Shown here: one piece after another, positions 19,251-27,841 of the stretch
How the letters are laid out: each line of letters starts with the position of its first letter
Position numbering within the stretch: position 1 is the stretch's first letter
DNA from: Candidatus Peribacteria bacterium
GTDB lineage: Bacteria; Patescibacteriota; Gracilibacteria; UBA1369; UBA12463
Direction of reading: 5' to 3'
Assembly: GCA_943354965.1 (NCBI GenBank)
Contig: CALRDN010000004.1
Span: 13,121 to 77,120, forward strand
DNA: 64,000 nucleotides
Notes under the pieces: model-generated
The model's database searches: none
The model's input: only the letters and a program-made list of their open reading frames with translations
What the model was told of the DNA's origin: nothing
Position numbers and translations under genes: made by a program

Positions 19251-19727
19251 ATGACTAAAAAAATCATCCAAGCGATCGTTTCAATTCTCGGCTGTCTGTC
19301 AGTAGGAATCGTAGGATCTCTCTTCACCGCTCCCGCTATCCCGAATTGGTATAGCACGCTCAGCAAGCCATTTTTCAGCCCTCCATCATGGGTATTCGGA
19401 CCGGCATGGACCATCCTCTATATCCTCATCGGTATCTCGCTCTTCCTAGTATGGACCAAAAAAGCCGATAGCGACATCAAGCGAAATGCCCTCTATATCT
19501 TCTTCGCACAGCTCTTCTTGAACGCCATCTGGTCTCCTATTTTCTTTGGCCTGCAATCCCCCTTCACCGCACTCATCATCATCGCCCTTCTCTGGGTTAC
19601 GATTATTATCAACATAAACGTCTTCTACAAAGTCTCAAAAACGGCTGCACTACTGCTCATTCCCTATTTACTCTGGGTAAGTTTCGCAAGTGTTCTCAAC
19701 TTCGCCATATGGCAGCTAAACATATAA
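19251..19727 (+). CDS. tspO: TspO/MBR family tryptophan-rich sensory protein
   Basis: 158 aa, 5 TM helices, Trp-rich, with FFSPPSWVFGPAWTILY and LNAIWSPIFFG. Confidence 0.9.
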   Translation: MTKKIIQAIVSILGCLSVGIVGSLFTAPAIPNWYSTLSKPFFSPPSWVFGPAWTILYILIGISLFLVWTKKADSDIKRNALYIFFAQLFLNAIWSPIFFGLQSPFTALIIIALLWVTIIININVFYKVSKTAALLLIPYLLWVSFASVLNFAIWQLNI

Positions 19728-19753
19728 ACGTGCTAGTGAAGGTGAATGATAAG

Positions 19754-20230
19754 ATGCAAAAACATTGCAGCTACGTTCTCACTGAGCCGGTAGGCAAACA
19801 CTTTCATCAAGATTTCAAACCCGAACTTACCCCTAAAGAGATGCTCGAATTAGGTGTTTTCGGTGGTCGATATATGACTGACTGCAAAAAGGAGTTCCCT
19901 GAAAGTTGGTACAAGAAAGCCAAACTCTGCCCGCAACGCCATGATGCTGCACTGAATTATTTTGGAGTAAACGCCTCGCAGCCACTTTCGGTTTGGCGGA
20001 AAAAAGACTGGATTCATCCTGCCGATCCAAGAGGCTGGTTTCAATGGTACTGCCGCTACTATATGGGTAGACGCATGCCGGAAGAAGATCTAAGACAAAT
20101 CAAAAGATGGAGAGCCATGACGCGGCACATAGCTCAACTCAAGAAAAACTGTCATCCCGGAGACTTCAACTGTCGAAGAAAGCAACGACAAGCGCTCCTG
20201 CACTGGGCCTATGATACTCGGAAGATGTAG
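19754..20230 (+). CDS. conserved-looking hypothetical protein, Trp/Cys/Arg-rich
   Basis: ATG 19754 is preceded by AAGGTG. Contains DPRGWFQWYCRYYMGRR. No domain I can name. The ORF-track start at 19709 overlaps tspO. Confidence 0.7.
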   Translation: MQKHCSYVLTEPVGKHFHQDFKPELTPKEMLELGVFGGRYMTDCKKEFPESWYKKAKLCPQRHDAALNYFGVNASQPLSVWRKKDWIHPADPRGWFQWYCRYYMGRRMPEEDLRQIKRWRAMTRHIAQLKKNCHPGDFNCRRKQRQALLHWAYDTRKM

Positions 20231-20237
20231 AAGGGAG

Positions 20238-20525
20238 CTATTTACTCCAAAACCCCATAAAAACCATCAAGACAAACACCACTTTCACGATATAGCCGCC
20301 ACTAGGATCGATAAACATTTTCGTCAAAGGCGTCTGGGATCCGACGAGAATATGCACAAGAATACTTACCGGGACTACAAACCACATCATCTGAACACGG
20401 GAAAGCTTCAATCCCATCTTTTGCAAATACGGAGCGAGGAAATACACCGCCAAAAATGACGCGGCAAAATCAAAAATAGCGAAAGGCCCAACTCTGAATG
20501 AACGTAAAAAAGTAATAATATTCAT
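20238..20525 (-). CDS. small membrane protein, hypothetical
   Basis: 95 aa with 3 hydrophobic segments. Confidence 0.55.
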   Translation of the reverse strand: MNIITFLRSFRVGPFAIFDFAASFLAVYFLAPYLQKMGLKLSRVQMMWFVVPVSILVHILVGSQTPLTKMFIDPSGGYIVKVVFVLMVFMGFWSK

Positions 20526-20556
20526 AGAAAAAAGTTGAGCCTTTTTAGCAAACTAA

Positions 20557-22260
20557 TTAAAACTTCCAATCCTGATCTCCTGATGGCACTGCGACGGAAT
20601 AGATCGTAGGTAAGCCAATATGGCCCTTTGTATCTTCATCGTAGTTATGAGCATCCTTGTCATAGAGGAGCCAGTTCTTAGAACCAACATCGAGGTTGTA
20701 CCAGTTAGACTTGCTACCACTCAACCAGACACCCTTATCTTTAAAAATATTATAGAGACTCGTAGCATTTTCTCCACCGCTTGAGTAGAAAACAATCTTC
20801 TTCAAGGAGTCAGCAGGAACGATACCAGGTCCATTATTCGTAAAAATAACCTCTCCATCACCAGCACTCACGATAGGATTTGGACGAGCAATCTTCTCCG
20901 TCACATACTTACTTGCGATAACGACTGGCTTATTAGACGCATCAGAAAAGGCAAAATCAACATCTACCTTTCCCCATTCAGCTGTATCGCTTGGAAGTGG
21001 AATACCAGGGAATGGAATACGAACCTTCACAGCAAGACTGCCATCCTTCTGGTCGGCAAATGTAGAAGAACCAGCAGAAAGTGCATTTTCAGCAAATGTT
21101 ACATTGCCATTAATAACCTGAATATTGTATGGACCCTCATGGACAATCTGCCAAGCCTTGTCTCCCCAATGTGGATTCTTCAAAACCTTAATACGGAGAT
21201 TTTTGTCAGTAACAGTCTTATAGCTATCAACAAAAACTCGATAACTTACATATAAATCACCGCTATTCACATCCTGCTTTTCTGAACCTGCTACACGTTC
21301 CCATTTCAGATACTTAGAAAGAGTAGCAAGATTCTGCTCATGCGTCTGGGTTACGGCTGGAACTACAGCCGGGACAACAGCCGGAACTACCACCACCGGA
21401 GTTTGCGGAATAGGTCTCGTAGTAGCGACAATACTCTCACGAGCAGGAGCAAGCTTGATCCAGACGAGGAAGTATCGCGTTAGGGCAAACCTTTCTAGAT
21501 TCTCAACCTTCTCAAAGGTATTACGAGTAGTGAGATGCCATACCGATAACACTCGATCCTTATACAACGCGGTCATATCAGAGATCTTCGATGTATTAGA
21601 AGGGAGAAGAACCCAACCGCCCAATTTAGCGTCCATTGGTGCGCTATTAGCAGCAACACTCAGTGCAGTAGACGTCATCTGTACCGGAGATGTGAGACCA
21701 TACGATACCGTATCTCTCTCTGTCATGACGACCACACCCCTATTGGCAGGAATAACAAAAGAATTCAAATCGTTAGTTTTGATTTCATACGTATCTCTAA
21801 ACGGACCCTTGGCAAAGGTATAAAAACCCTGAGCGCGTCCAAGCTCACCCGATGAGTAATAAGCCAAAATCAAACGATTAGCCACAGGATCAATCCCACG
21901 GAAAATCTCCCCCATAGTCGTCTCCTTGTTCGTGAAGAGATAATTTGTCCCTGCAGGAATACTGGTAGCAACAGGATTTTTGACCTTGAGACTTGGAAGA
22001 CTATTGAGAAAAGCCTGACGATCATTCGCCTGATATTGGATATAACCAAACGTCGGATCAATAAAAGCCCCCTGACCCACGGCAGCTATCTGCAATGATG
22101 GAGGCGGTTCGTTATCCCGTCGAGATTCATTCCGTACATCAACAGCAACCGTGACAAAAAGAGCAACGGCGAGAAATGCAAGACCCCCAAGTATCACTTT
22201 CCGCAAGCCCTTGGAGAGTGGATTAACCTTAGCATGATGAGACTTCGATCGATGAACCAT
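20557..22260 (-). CDS. large N-terminally anchored extracytoplasmic protein, hypothetical
   Basis: 567 aa. One TM helix (VILGGLAFLAVALFVTVAV), then a beta-rich region containing a (PAVV)3 repeat. Confidence 0.8.
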   Translation of the reverse strand: MVHRSKSHHAKVNPLSKGLRKVILGGLAFLAVALFVTVAVDVRNESRRDNEPPPSLQIAAVGQGAFIDPTFGYIQYQANDRQAFLNSLPSLKVKNPVATSIPAGTNYLFTNKETTMGEIFRGIDPVANRLILAYYSSGELGRAQGFYTFAKGPFRDTYEIKTNDLNSFVIPANRGVVVMTERDTVSYGLTSPVQMTSTALSVAANSAPMDAKLGGWVLLPSNTSKISDMTALYKDRVLSVWHLTTRNTFEKVENLERFALTRYFLVWIKLAPARESIVATTRPIPQTPVVVVPAVVPAVVPAVTQTHEQNLATLSKYLKWERVAGSEKQDVNSGDLYVSYRVFVDSYKTVTDKNLRIKVLKNPHWGDKAWQIVHEGPYNIQVINGNVTFAENALSAGSSTFADQKDGSLAVKVRIPFPGIPLPSDTAEWGKVDVDFAFSDASNKPVVIASKYVTEKIARPNPIVSAGDGEVIFTNNGPGIVPADSLKKIVFYSSGGENATSLYNIFKDKGVWLSGSKSNWYNLDVGSKNWLLYDKDAHNYDEDTKGHIGLPTIYSVAVPSGDQDWKF

Positions 22261-22329
22261 ATATATGTTTGTTATTTATTTATGTATATTATAACACAAT
22301 TAAGATAACAAAGCAATGGCGTCAATATA

Positions 22330-22554
22330 CTACTTCTTAAAGAGCTGTTCAGCCTTGAGCTTCAGTACCAAGAAGAGATAGACGATCTCGAGAATTCCGG
22401 CAGAATTTATCACCAGAAGAGCCACAAACCACCAATGCTGACCTTTTCTTCCAGAGTGCCAAAGAGCTAATCCCTTCCAAAACAAACTCCACAAAAGCAA
22501 AAAACCCATCATCGGCAAAAATCCACGAAATCCCATTGGATTAAAATAGTTCAT
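22330..22554 (-). CDS. small 2-TM membrane protein (DUF5652-like, tentative)
   Basis: 74 aa. LWSLFWKGLALWHSGRKGQHWWFVALLVINSAGILEIVYL. Confidence 0.6.
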   Translation of the reverse strand: MNYFNPMGFRGFLPMMGFLLLWSLFWKGLALWHSGRKGQHWWFVALLVINSAGILEIVYLFLVLKLKAEQLFKK

Positions 22555-22628
22555 AGAAGAAAGGTTAGAGGAATATACGGTAAGTATACTCTCCTGATAA
22601 ATCTTTGTATAAATTTAGCTGAGCTTGT

Positions 22629-23267
22629 TTATTCAGCTAACTCAACCATAATTTCATTTTTCAGGAATAAGGGAAAACTAAAAGGAGGATTGTACCCAGC
22701 ATAAATAGGCATCCCGACATATTTAACCCCCTTCGCACGTAAAGCATCAACAAGTTCCAGTTTTTTAGCCTCGACATTATCAGCAGTCGGATACCATCCA
22801 AAACTCAAAACTGCCATTTTCCTAGCAGGAACTTCACGCAACTTGACTCGGTCATCATTTGGAATTGGCAAAGTATCCATTGAATACTTCGACGGCATAA
22901 CAAAAGCAACCTTTCGTGACTTTTCAGACTGCTTCTCTTCAGTCACCGGTACGGTCATAGCAATTTTTTCCGAACCCTCCTCGGTAACCGGTGCCGTCAT
23001 GGCAATAGACTCCTGGCTCTTATTGCCACCAAAAATATATCCCGCTATTCGCCGAAAACCTTCATTAAGAGCTTCTGAATAACCTACGTCCTCAATAACA
23101 GTTTCAGCTAGCAGGGAGGGCTCATACTGCCTGACTTCATAATTCTCATTTTGTTCCAAAACCTGATATTTCAACTGCTCAACATTGCGAATTACAAAAT
23201 AACTCCAAGTGACCCAAACCAACAACATAACTGCCAAAAAAATCAAAAAATAGACAAATTTGCTCAT
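22629..23267 (-). CDS. SOUL/HBP heme-binding family protein, membrane-anchored
   Basis: 212 aa. YEVRQYEP, GFRRIAGYIFGGN, duplicated IAMT(A/V)PVTEE, and FVMPSKY. Confidence 0.85.
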   Translation of the reverse strand: MSKFVYFLIFLAVMLLVWVTWSYFVIRNVEQLKYQVLEQNENYEVRQYEPSLLAETVIEDVGYSEALNEGFRRIAGYIFGGNKSQESIAMTAPVTEEGSEKIAMTVPVTEEKQSEKSRKVAFVMPSKYSMDTLPIPNDDRVKLREVPARKMAVLSFGWYPTADNVEAKKLELVDALRAKGVKYVGMPIYAGYNPPFSFPLFLKNEIMVELAE

Positions 23268-23384
23268 AGCAATAATGATAAACTAATAAAAACTAATTTA
23301 GTTTAACACGCCTCATGGCCTTTCTACCATTCTTTGTTTTTTATAAAATTCACAAACGACTCCCTGAAAACAATACTCACAAAA

Positions 23385-24101
23385 TCAACCTTTCGTCATA
23401 TAACGCTTCCTCTGCTCCCCAGAAAGCCGTTCAATCGCATATCGAAGCATCGTTCTCGGCATAGTTTTGTAATGCTCATCGAGGAACTGGAGTTCAGATT
23501 TTTCACTACACCGCTTTCCCACCTCTCGCAGCATCCAGCCGACAGCCTTTTGTATCAAGTCATGAGGATCATGCAAAAGTATTCGCGCGATCTCGATCGC
23601 ATCCGTAGCATCTCCATTTTTGATATAAGCAAACGTCGAAATAATGGCTATTCGTCGCTCCCACAAGGACTTCGAATGAGCAAGCGTTGTGAGTATTTTC
23701 TTAGGACGATTTTTGAGAAACTCCCCCACAATATATCCGGCACTCGAATCAACCAAATCCCAGTTATTAATCCACTGAGTATTGGCGAGATACAAATCAT
23801 ATATCGTTTCGCGCACCTCATCACTTTTCGCCTTCTGAAACTGACCAACCAAAATATAGAGAGCCAAAAGCCGAAACTCATGCTCCGGCGAATGCAACAA
23901 TGTCTCAATATCCACAACCGACAGCTGCGCATATGCTCGCGCAACCTTCCTCAACGAAGGCACCGTCACGCCAATAAACACATCCCCCTCCCCATACTGC
24001 CCCGCTCCCGTCTTAAAAAACCACACCGAATTCTTCGCCCTCTCCTTCGTCCCAAGCGAACGCACTTCCTGCTGCAATGTATAGAGTTCAGAGTGAGGCA
24101 T
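23385..24101 (-). CDS. DNA alkylation repair protein (AlkD-like HEAT-repeat family)
   Basis: 238 aa. VWFFKTGAGQYGEGDVFIGVTVPSLRKVA and the helical repeat pattern. Confidence 0.8.
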   Translation of the reverse strand: MPHSELYTLQQEVRSLGTKERAKNSVWFFKTGAGQYGEGDVFIGVTVPSLRKVARAYAQLSVVDIETLLHSPEHEFRLLALYILVGQFQKAKSDEVRETIYDLYLANTQWINNWDLVDSSAGYIVGEFLKNRPKKILTTLAHSKSLWERRIAIISTFAYIKNGDATDAIEIARILLHDPHDLIQKAVGWMLREVGKRCSEKSELQFLDEHYKTMPRTMLRYAIERLSGEQRKRYMTKG

Positions 24102-24127
24102 ATGAGTATCTTATGAATCTAGTACCC

Positions 24128-24451
24128 TTAAGCAGGAAACCGAAAAAGTACAGCTATAAAAAAGATGGTCGTCAGTAAATAGCAAGAAACAAGGTGATAT
24201 CGAAAGTGAGAGATTTTTATCCTTAGTTCATTCACCATCTCAGGTGATAGCTTTTTCACGTAACTCACATGAAAATAAAAAGCTGCGAAAAATAAAAATT
24301 GCCCCAATAATCCTGTTAAAAAACAGAGAGTAAAATTCACGATTGAAGCAAAATATGCAACTCCTACAAGGTCAATGAGAAAACCAAAAAAACCTAAGGC
24401 GCTCCAATGCGACATCTGTTTATTAATAGCCGAAAGTCGTCTCTGATCCAT
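24128..24451 (-). CDS. small membrane protein, hypothetical
   Basis: This is the ORF-track entry 24128..24589 trimmed to ATG 24451, because the upstream part overlaps tRNA-Gln. 107 aa with 3 hydrophobic helices. Confidence 0.4.
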   Translation of the reverse strand: MDQRRLSAINKQMSHWSALGFFGFLIDLVGVAYFASIVNFTLCFLTGLLGQFLFFAAFYFHVSYVKKLSPEMVNELRIKISHFRYHLVSCYLLTTIFFIAVLFRFPA

Positions 24452-24460
24452 AGAATTATC

Positions 24461-24534
24461 TGGCTGGGGATGAGGGATTCGAACCCCCGATGCTGCCTCC
24501 AGAGGGCAGTGCCTTACCGCTTGGCGAATCCCCA
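24461..24534 (-). tRNA. tRNA-Gln (anticodon CUG), CCA encoded
   Basis: Folded by hand: acceptor UGGGGAU/AUCCCCA, D arm GCC-AAGCGGUAA-GGC, anticodon arm CUGCC-CUCUGGA-GGCAG, T loop UUCGAAU, discriminator G, CCA. 74 nt. Confidence 0.95.
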
Positions 24535-24640
24535 ACGTAAAAAATGAACACGATGCGAAGCAGGGTGAATTGTACAAGAGGCACGGCAAATAGGCAATGG
24601 CTAAGGTGAAGCTGAGAAACGGCGAGAGATAGGTTTAAAA

Positions 24641-24913
24641 TTACATATCAATCTCGCAGTAGCCTCGATCACTATCGCCATCATCAGTCATTCGATCATC
24701 GGAAACAGGACGACGAGATGGCATAGGTGGCATATCATAGAGTCCGGGAACGGTAACGCCTATCCTTTGTCTCGTATCCCTCCGCTTTTCCTCCTCCTGC
24801 TTCTTGATCTGCTCAATAATGAAAGCGTCTAGAATAGTGTGCTGTTCCGGTGGGGTAATGACTACCCCACCTTCTAAATAAGAAAAATTAGGACCGACGT
24901 TGTCGAGTGCCAT
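24641..24913 (-). CDS. hypothetical protein
   Basis: 90-aa ORF with a charged middle (KKQEEEKRRDTRQR). No recognisable domain. Confidence 0.45.
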   Translation of the reverse strand: MALDNVGPNFSYLEGGVVITPPEQHTILDAFIIEQIKKQEEEKRRDTRQRIGVTVPGLYDMPPMPSRRPVSDDRMTDDGDSDRGYCEIDM

Positions 24914-24989
24914 AAAAATGGGGGTTAAGAAAATAGGTTAGAAGCAAGTATACCTCTAATCAAATTCACAAAACAACACTTTATGAAAA

Positions 24990-25571
24990 TTATGACGTAA
25001 TCTCTTTTGCAATAATAACCTCCATGTCATTCGCCATGCGGTCGATCTCGCCGGGGATACTATCAATTTTGTACTTACAGATATCGGACTGATCAATCTC
25101 TTTTTGCGCGCTAATAAGCCGCTTCTCGATCTCTTCATCAGGAAGTTTTCCTCGCATGAGAATTCGTCGCTTGAGTTCATTCAGATCCGGAACGTAGATG
25201 AAGACACCAACCAAGTTTTCCGGAGGAACGATTTTCGAAACCGATTTGAATCCCTGAATATCAATCTCTCGGATAATAATCTTCCCCTCCTCGAGAGCCT
25301 GGAAGATCGGTCCCTTGAGGATGCCGTAATAATGGTCCTGATGGACCTCGGCCCACTCCAGGAACTCACCGCCCTCGATACCCTTTACAAACTCGTCCTT
25401 GCTTATGTAGTTATAGACCTCGCCCGGCTTCTCGCCAGGGCGTGGATCGCGCGTAGTACAGGAAAGCGGGAAAACATAGTGCGGATGGCGCTGTTTCAGC
25501 TTTGCGATCATTGATCCCTTGCCGGAACCCGAGGGTCCGACGACGAGGAAAAGCTTACCTGGTAATGACAT
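24990..25571 (-). CDS. gmk: guanylate kinase
   Basis: P-loop GPSGSGKGS plus CTTRDPRPGE. Start set to ATG 25571, which has GGAGGT 8 nt upstream; the track start at 25586 lies inside that SD. Confidence 0.95.
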   Translation of the reverse strand: MSLPGKLFLVVGPSGSGKGSMIAKLKQRHPHYVFPLSCTTRDPRPGEKPGEVYNYISKDEFVKGIEGGEFLEWAEVHQDHYYGILKGPIFQALEEGKIIIREIDIQGFKSVSKIVPPENLVGVFIYVPDLNELKRRILMRGKLPDEEIEKRLISAQKEIDQSDICKYKIDSIPGEIDRMANDMEVIIAKEITS

Positions 25572-25649
25572 ATTTGTGACCTCCATGGCCGCAAGTCTAC
25601 AACAAACTCATTCAAATCGCAAAACAGGAAAAGAATATCGCCTCAATGC

Positions 25650-25678
25650 TTGAAAAAATACCGAATTAATGGTAGAAT
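25650..25678 (+). promoter_or_regulatory. sigma70-like promoter TTGAAA-17-TAGAAT
   Basis: -35 at 25650..25655, exact 17-nt spacer, -10 at 25673..25678. No protein gene lies downstream on this strand. Confidence 0.35.
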
Positions 25679-25684
25679 ACTGAG

Positions 25685-26127
25685 ATTTATTCGTTCTTTG
25701 AAGAATACCGTAATACCCACCCCAGCTGCTTTTCTTTTCAGAGAAAAGTATGGAAACAAGGCGACAAACAATATAGGATTCTCGCTTTCTTCCCCTACTT
25801 TTCGATCATAGGCACGACGATGCCTGAAAAAAGTAGCCAAACAAAAACTTATCTTCGCGCTCTAAATATTGAATGCGAGATACAAAAACAAAAATAAACG
25901 AGATGAAGGTGAACCTCATCTATAAACAAAACACCAAAGGAAGGCAGGGGAACTCTCCGGTAGCGGAGAATACATGAAGGTTCGTCGACCATAATGTATG
26001 AACCGACCCTGTGTATGCTTCACCTGCGCATGAAAAATTTTTGCGTCAGATGGGAACATCCATAGAAGTTGGTCTAAAAAGAGCGTCTGTATACTATTAT
26101 ATTTGTATATCAGGCGCTCTTTTTTTG
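25685..26127 (+). ncRNA. candidate structured non-coding RNA of unknown class (about 440 nt); strand uncertain
   Basis: Bounded by the promoter-like element above and a hairpin plus U-tract at 26076..26127. Only ORFs of 25 aa or less lie on this strand. Perfect hairpins at 25810..25825, 25901..25921, 25954..25969, 25970..25999 and 26049..26060 (GGAA loop). Confidence 0.3.
26076..26127. terminator. bidirectional intrinsic terminator (probably ends ssb on the minus strand)
   Basis: AAAAAGAGCGtCTG ... CAGgCGCTCTTTTTTT. A long imperfect hairpin flanked by an A5 run and a T7 run. Confidence 0.65.
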
Positions 26128-26200
26128 TGTGCGTAAAACAAAATCGCAATCAACGCTCGTCTTCCCCCAAGGGACAAATCTACTGATTCGCGCTCGCGTG

Positions 26201-26674
26201 CTAGAAAGGCAAATCTTCAATATTAATACTCTCCTCGATATCAGCTGTTGCAGGAGCGGAAGCCCGTACAGAGCTATGTCCTCGATCGCTGCTCGCCTCC
26301 TCGGAAGAGCCGCTGTCTGAGTATGATTCACTCATGCCGCCTTTCTTATCAAGCATAATCATATTGTCGAGAATAATTTCGGTCTTGTAACGCTTTGCGC
26401 CATCCTGACCCTCCCACTCTCTTGTCTGGATTCGTCCCTCGACGAAGACCTTGCTCCCCTTCTTCACATATTGAGAAACAATCTCTCCCAACTTTCTCCA
26501 TGCTACCAAGTTGTGAAACTCGGCCTTGTCCTGTTTCTGACCACTCTGATCCTTCCACGTGTAGTTCGTAGCGATACTAAATGTCGCAACGGTTGTACCG
26601 CCGGGAATCTGCTTCACATCCGGATCCTTCGTAACATTACCAATCAACTGCACACGATTCAGTGACATACTCAT
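26201..26674 (-). CDS. ssb: single-stranded DNA-binding protein
   Basis: 157 aa. OB-fold N-terminus (LNRVQLIGNVTKDPD), disordered tail, and acidic tip INIEDLPF. Confidence 0.95.
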   Translation of the reverse strand: MSMSLNRVQLIGNVTKDPDVKQIPGGTTVATFSIATNYTWKDQSGQKQDKAEFHNLVAWRKLGEIVSQYVKKGSKVFVEGRIQTREWEGQDGAKRYKTEIILDNMIMLDKKGGMSESYSDSGSSEEASSDRGHSSVRASAPATADIEESINIEDLPF

Positions 26675-26867
26675 AAAAAATTGGAGTTAAAAATACAAGT
26701 AACGGCACTGTATCAAATACCCCTTCAAAAAACAACACTCCCAAGTGGCAATTACATGCAAAGCAGGAAGTTGTTATATAATGTAATTTATGGTATAATT
26801 CGACAGTTAGAGGATTGCAAAATTATCCAAGAATCTGTACAGTATTTCGGCTCCCAGAAACATATAT

Positions 26868-27698
26868 ATGAATTTTAACGATTACACAAAAGGCCCAGCA
26901 GAATATCCCTTCCTCGAAGAGGTAGCGAGCGAGTATCTGATAAAACCCGACGGGAAGCCAACGCTCCTCACCTATCTTCTCAAGGACCTCGGCTGCACCA
27001 TTCATCCGGTATCAGAAGCCCACGGACTTACGCCGGTAGCACATGATGAAAAAATCCTCAGTCCAATGATAGATAAAGTTATCGAAGATTATATTCGATA
27101 TCATAATCATCATCCCGAAACCCATGATGAAACGGCGATTGGTGACGCCATGCGCGATCATACCTCGAGTTTCCTGGATCCAAATGATTTCATACCGGGA
27201 ACGGCAGATCTGAAACCGATATCCATAGATGATATACGTAGATTCATGCACGATACTATCCTCATGCGCGTAGGAAAAAGTAGTCACTTCAAGCACAATC
27301 CGCACATACAAAAATTACAGCATCGAATTAGTGAGATTTCCAAGGCACTCGCCATGGAAGTTTCCCATAGTGAAATATCAAGAATCGCAAAAGAAAGAAG
27401 CGACATTGTGCACAAAATACATCGAGAAGTAGGAGAAAAAGCAGGCTTCGAACGATTTACCGATCAGATGGATGCCCTTCGTAAAACCGTAAATAAAAAT
27501 GAGATAAAGAAAGTTGATACAGCAAATCCCATCAAGGATACAAATGTTCTCACACAATTTACAACCCTGAGGGCACTCGTCAGAGCCTGCAATAGAGAAA
27601 TGGGTATTGATACGGAAAACGAACAGAAGCGGCTACGTGAAGAAAGGGCAAGCGCTGAGATCAAGAAAAATCAGCCTAGGTGGAGATGGGCAGCGTAG
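26868..27698 (+). CDS. hypothetical protein (His-rich middle, charged helical C-terminus)
   Basis: 276-aa ORF with no recognisable domain. Confidence 0.65.
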   Translation: MNFNDYTKGPAEYPFLEEVASEYLIKPDGKPTLLTYLLKDLGCTIHPVSEAHGLTPVAHDEKILSPMIDKVIEDYIRYHNHHPETHDETAIGDAMRDHTSSFLDPNDFIPGTADLKPISIDDIRRFMHDTILMRVGKSSHFKHNPHIQKLQHRISEISKALAMEVSHSEISRIAKERSDIVHKIHREVGEKAGFERFTDQMDALRKTVNKNEIKKVDTANPIKDTNVLTQFTTLRALVRACNREMGIDTENEQKRLREERASAEIKKNQPRWRWAA

Positions 27699-27841
27699 AT
27701 GACATCGTAGCCGGAACGATCGGGCAAAGAGCCTCCGAAGACGTTTCAAAGCGGAAAACCGTGTAGCCTGCGAGGAAAACAACCAGTATACTGAGAGCCA
27801 GCAAACACGACATACCATATATCTGACCGACCGTCGCACTC

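Noticed and set aside
24128-24589. 153-aa ORF as given in the ORF track
   Set aside because: Its first 46 codons run straight through tRNA-Gln (24461..24534). Only the part from ATG 24451 is retained, and at low confidence.
25685-26127. tmRNA (ssrA). Hints were a possible tag-like frame GCC AAA CAA AAA CUU AUC UUC GCG CUC UAA (AKQKLIFAL*), a GGGG...GGUUCGUCGACC stretch, and on the minus strand GGGGUGGGUAUUACGGUAUUC, which resembles a tmRNA 5' end.
   Set aside because: Neither strand has a tRNA-like 3' end (T-arm plus acceptor strand plus ACCA). The order of elements fits neither standard nor permuted tmRNA. The GGGG-to-UUCGAC spacing is wrong. The resemblance is limited to short strings.
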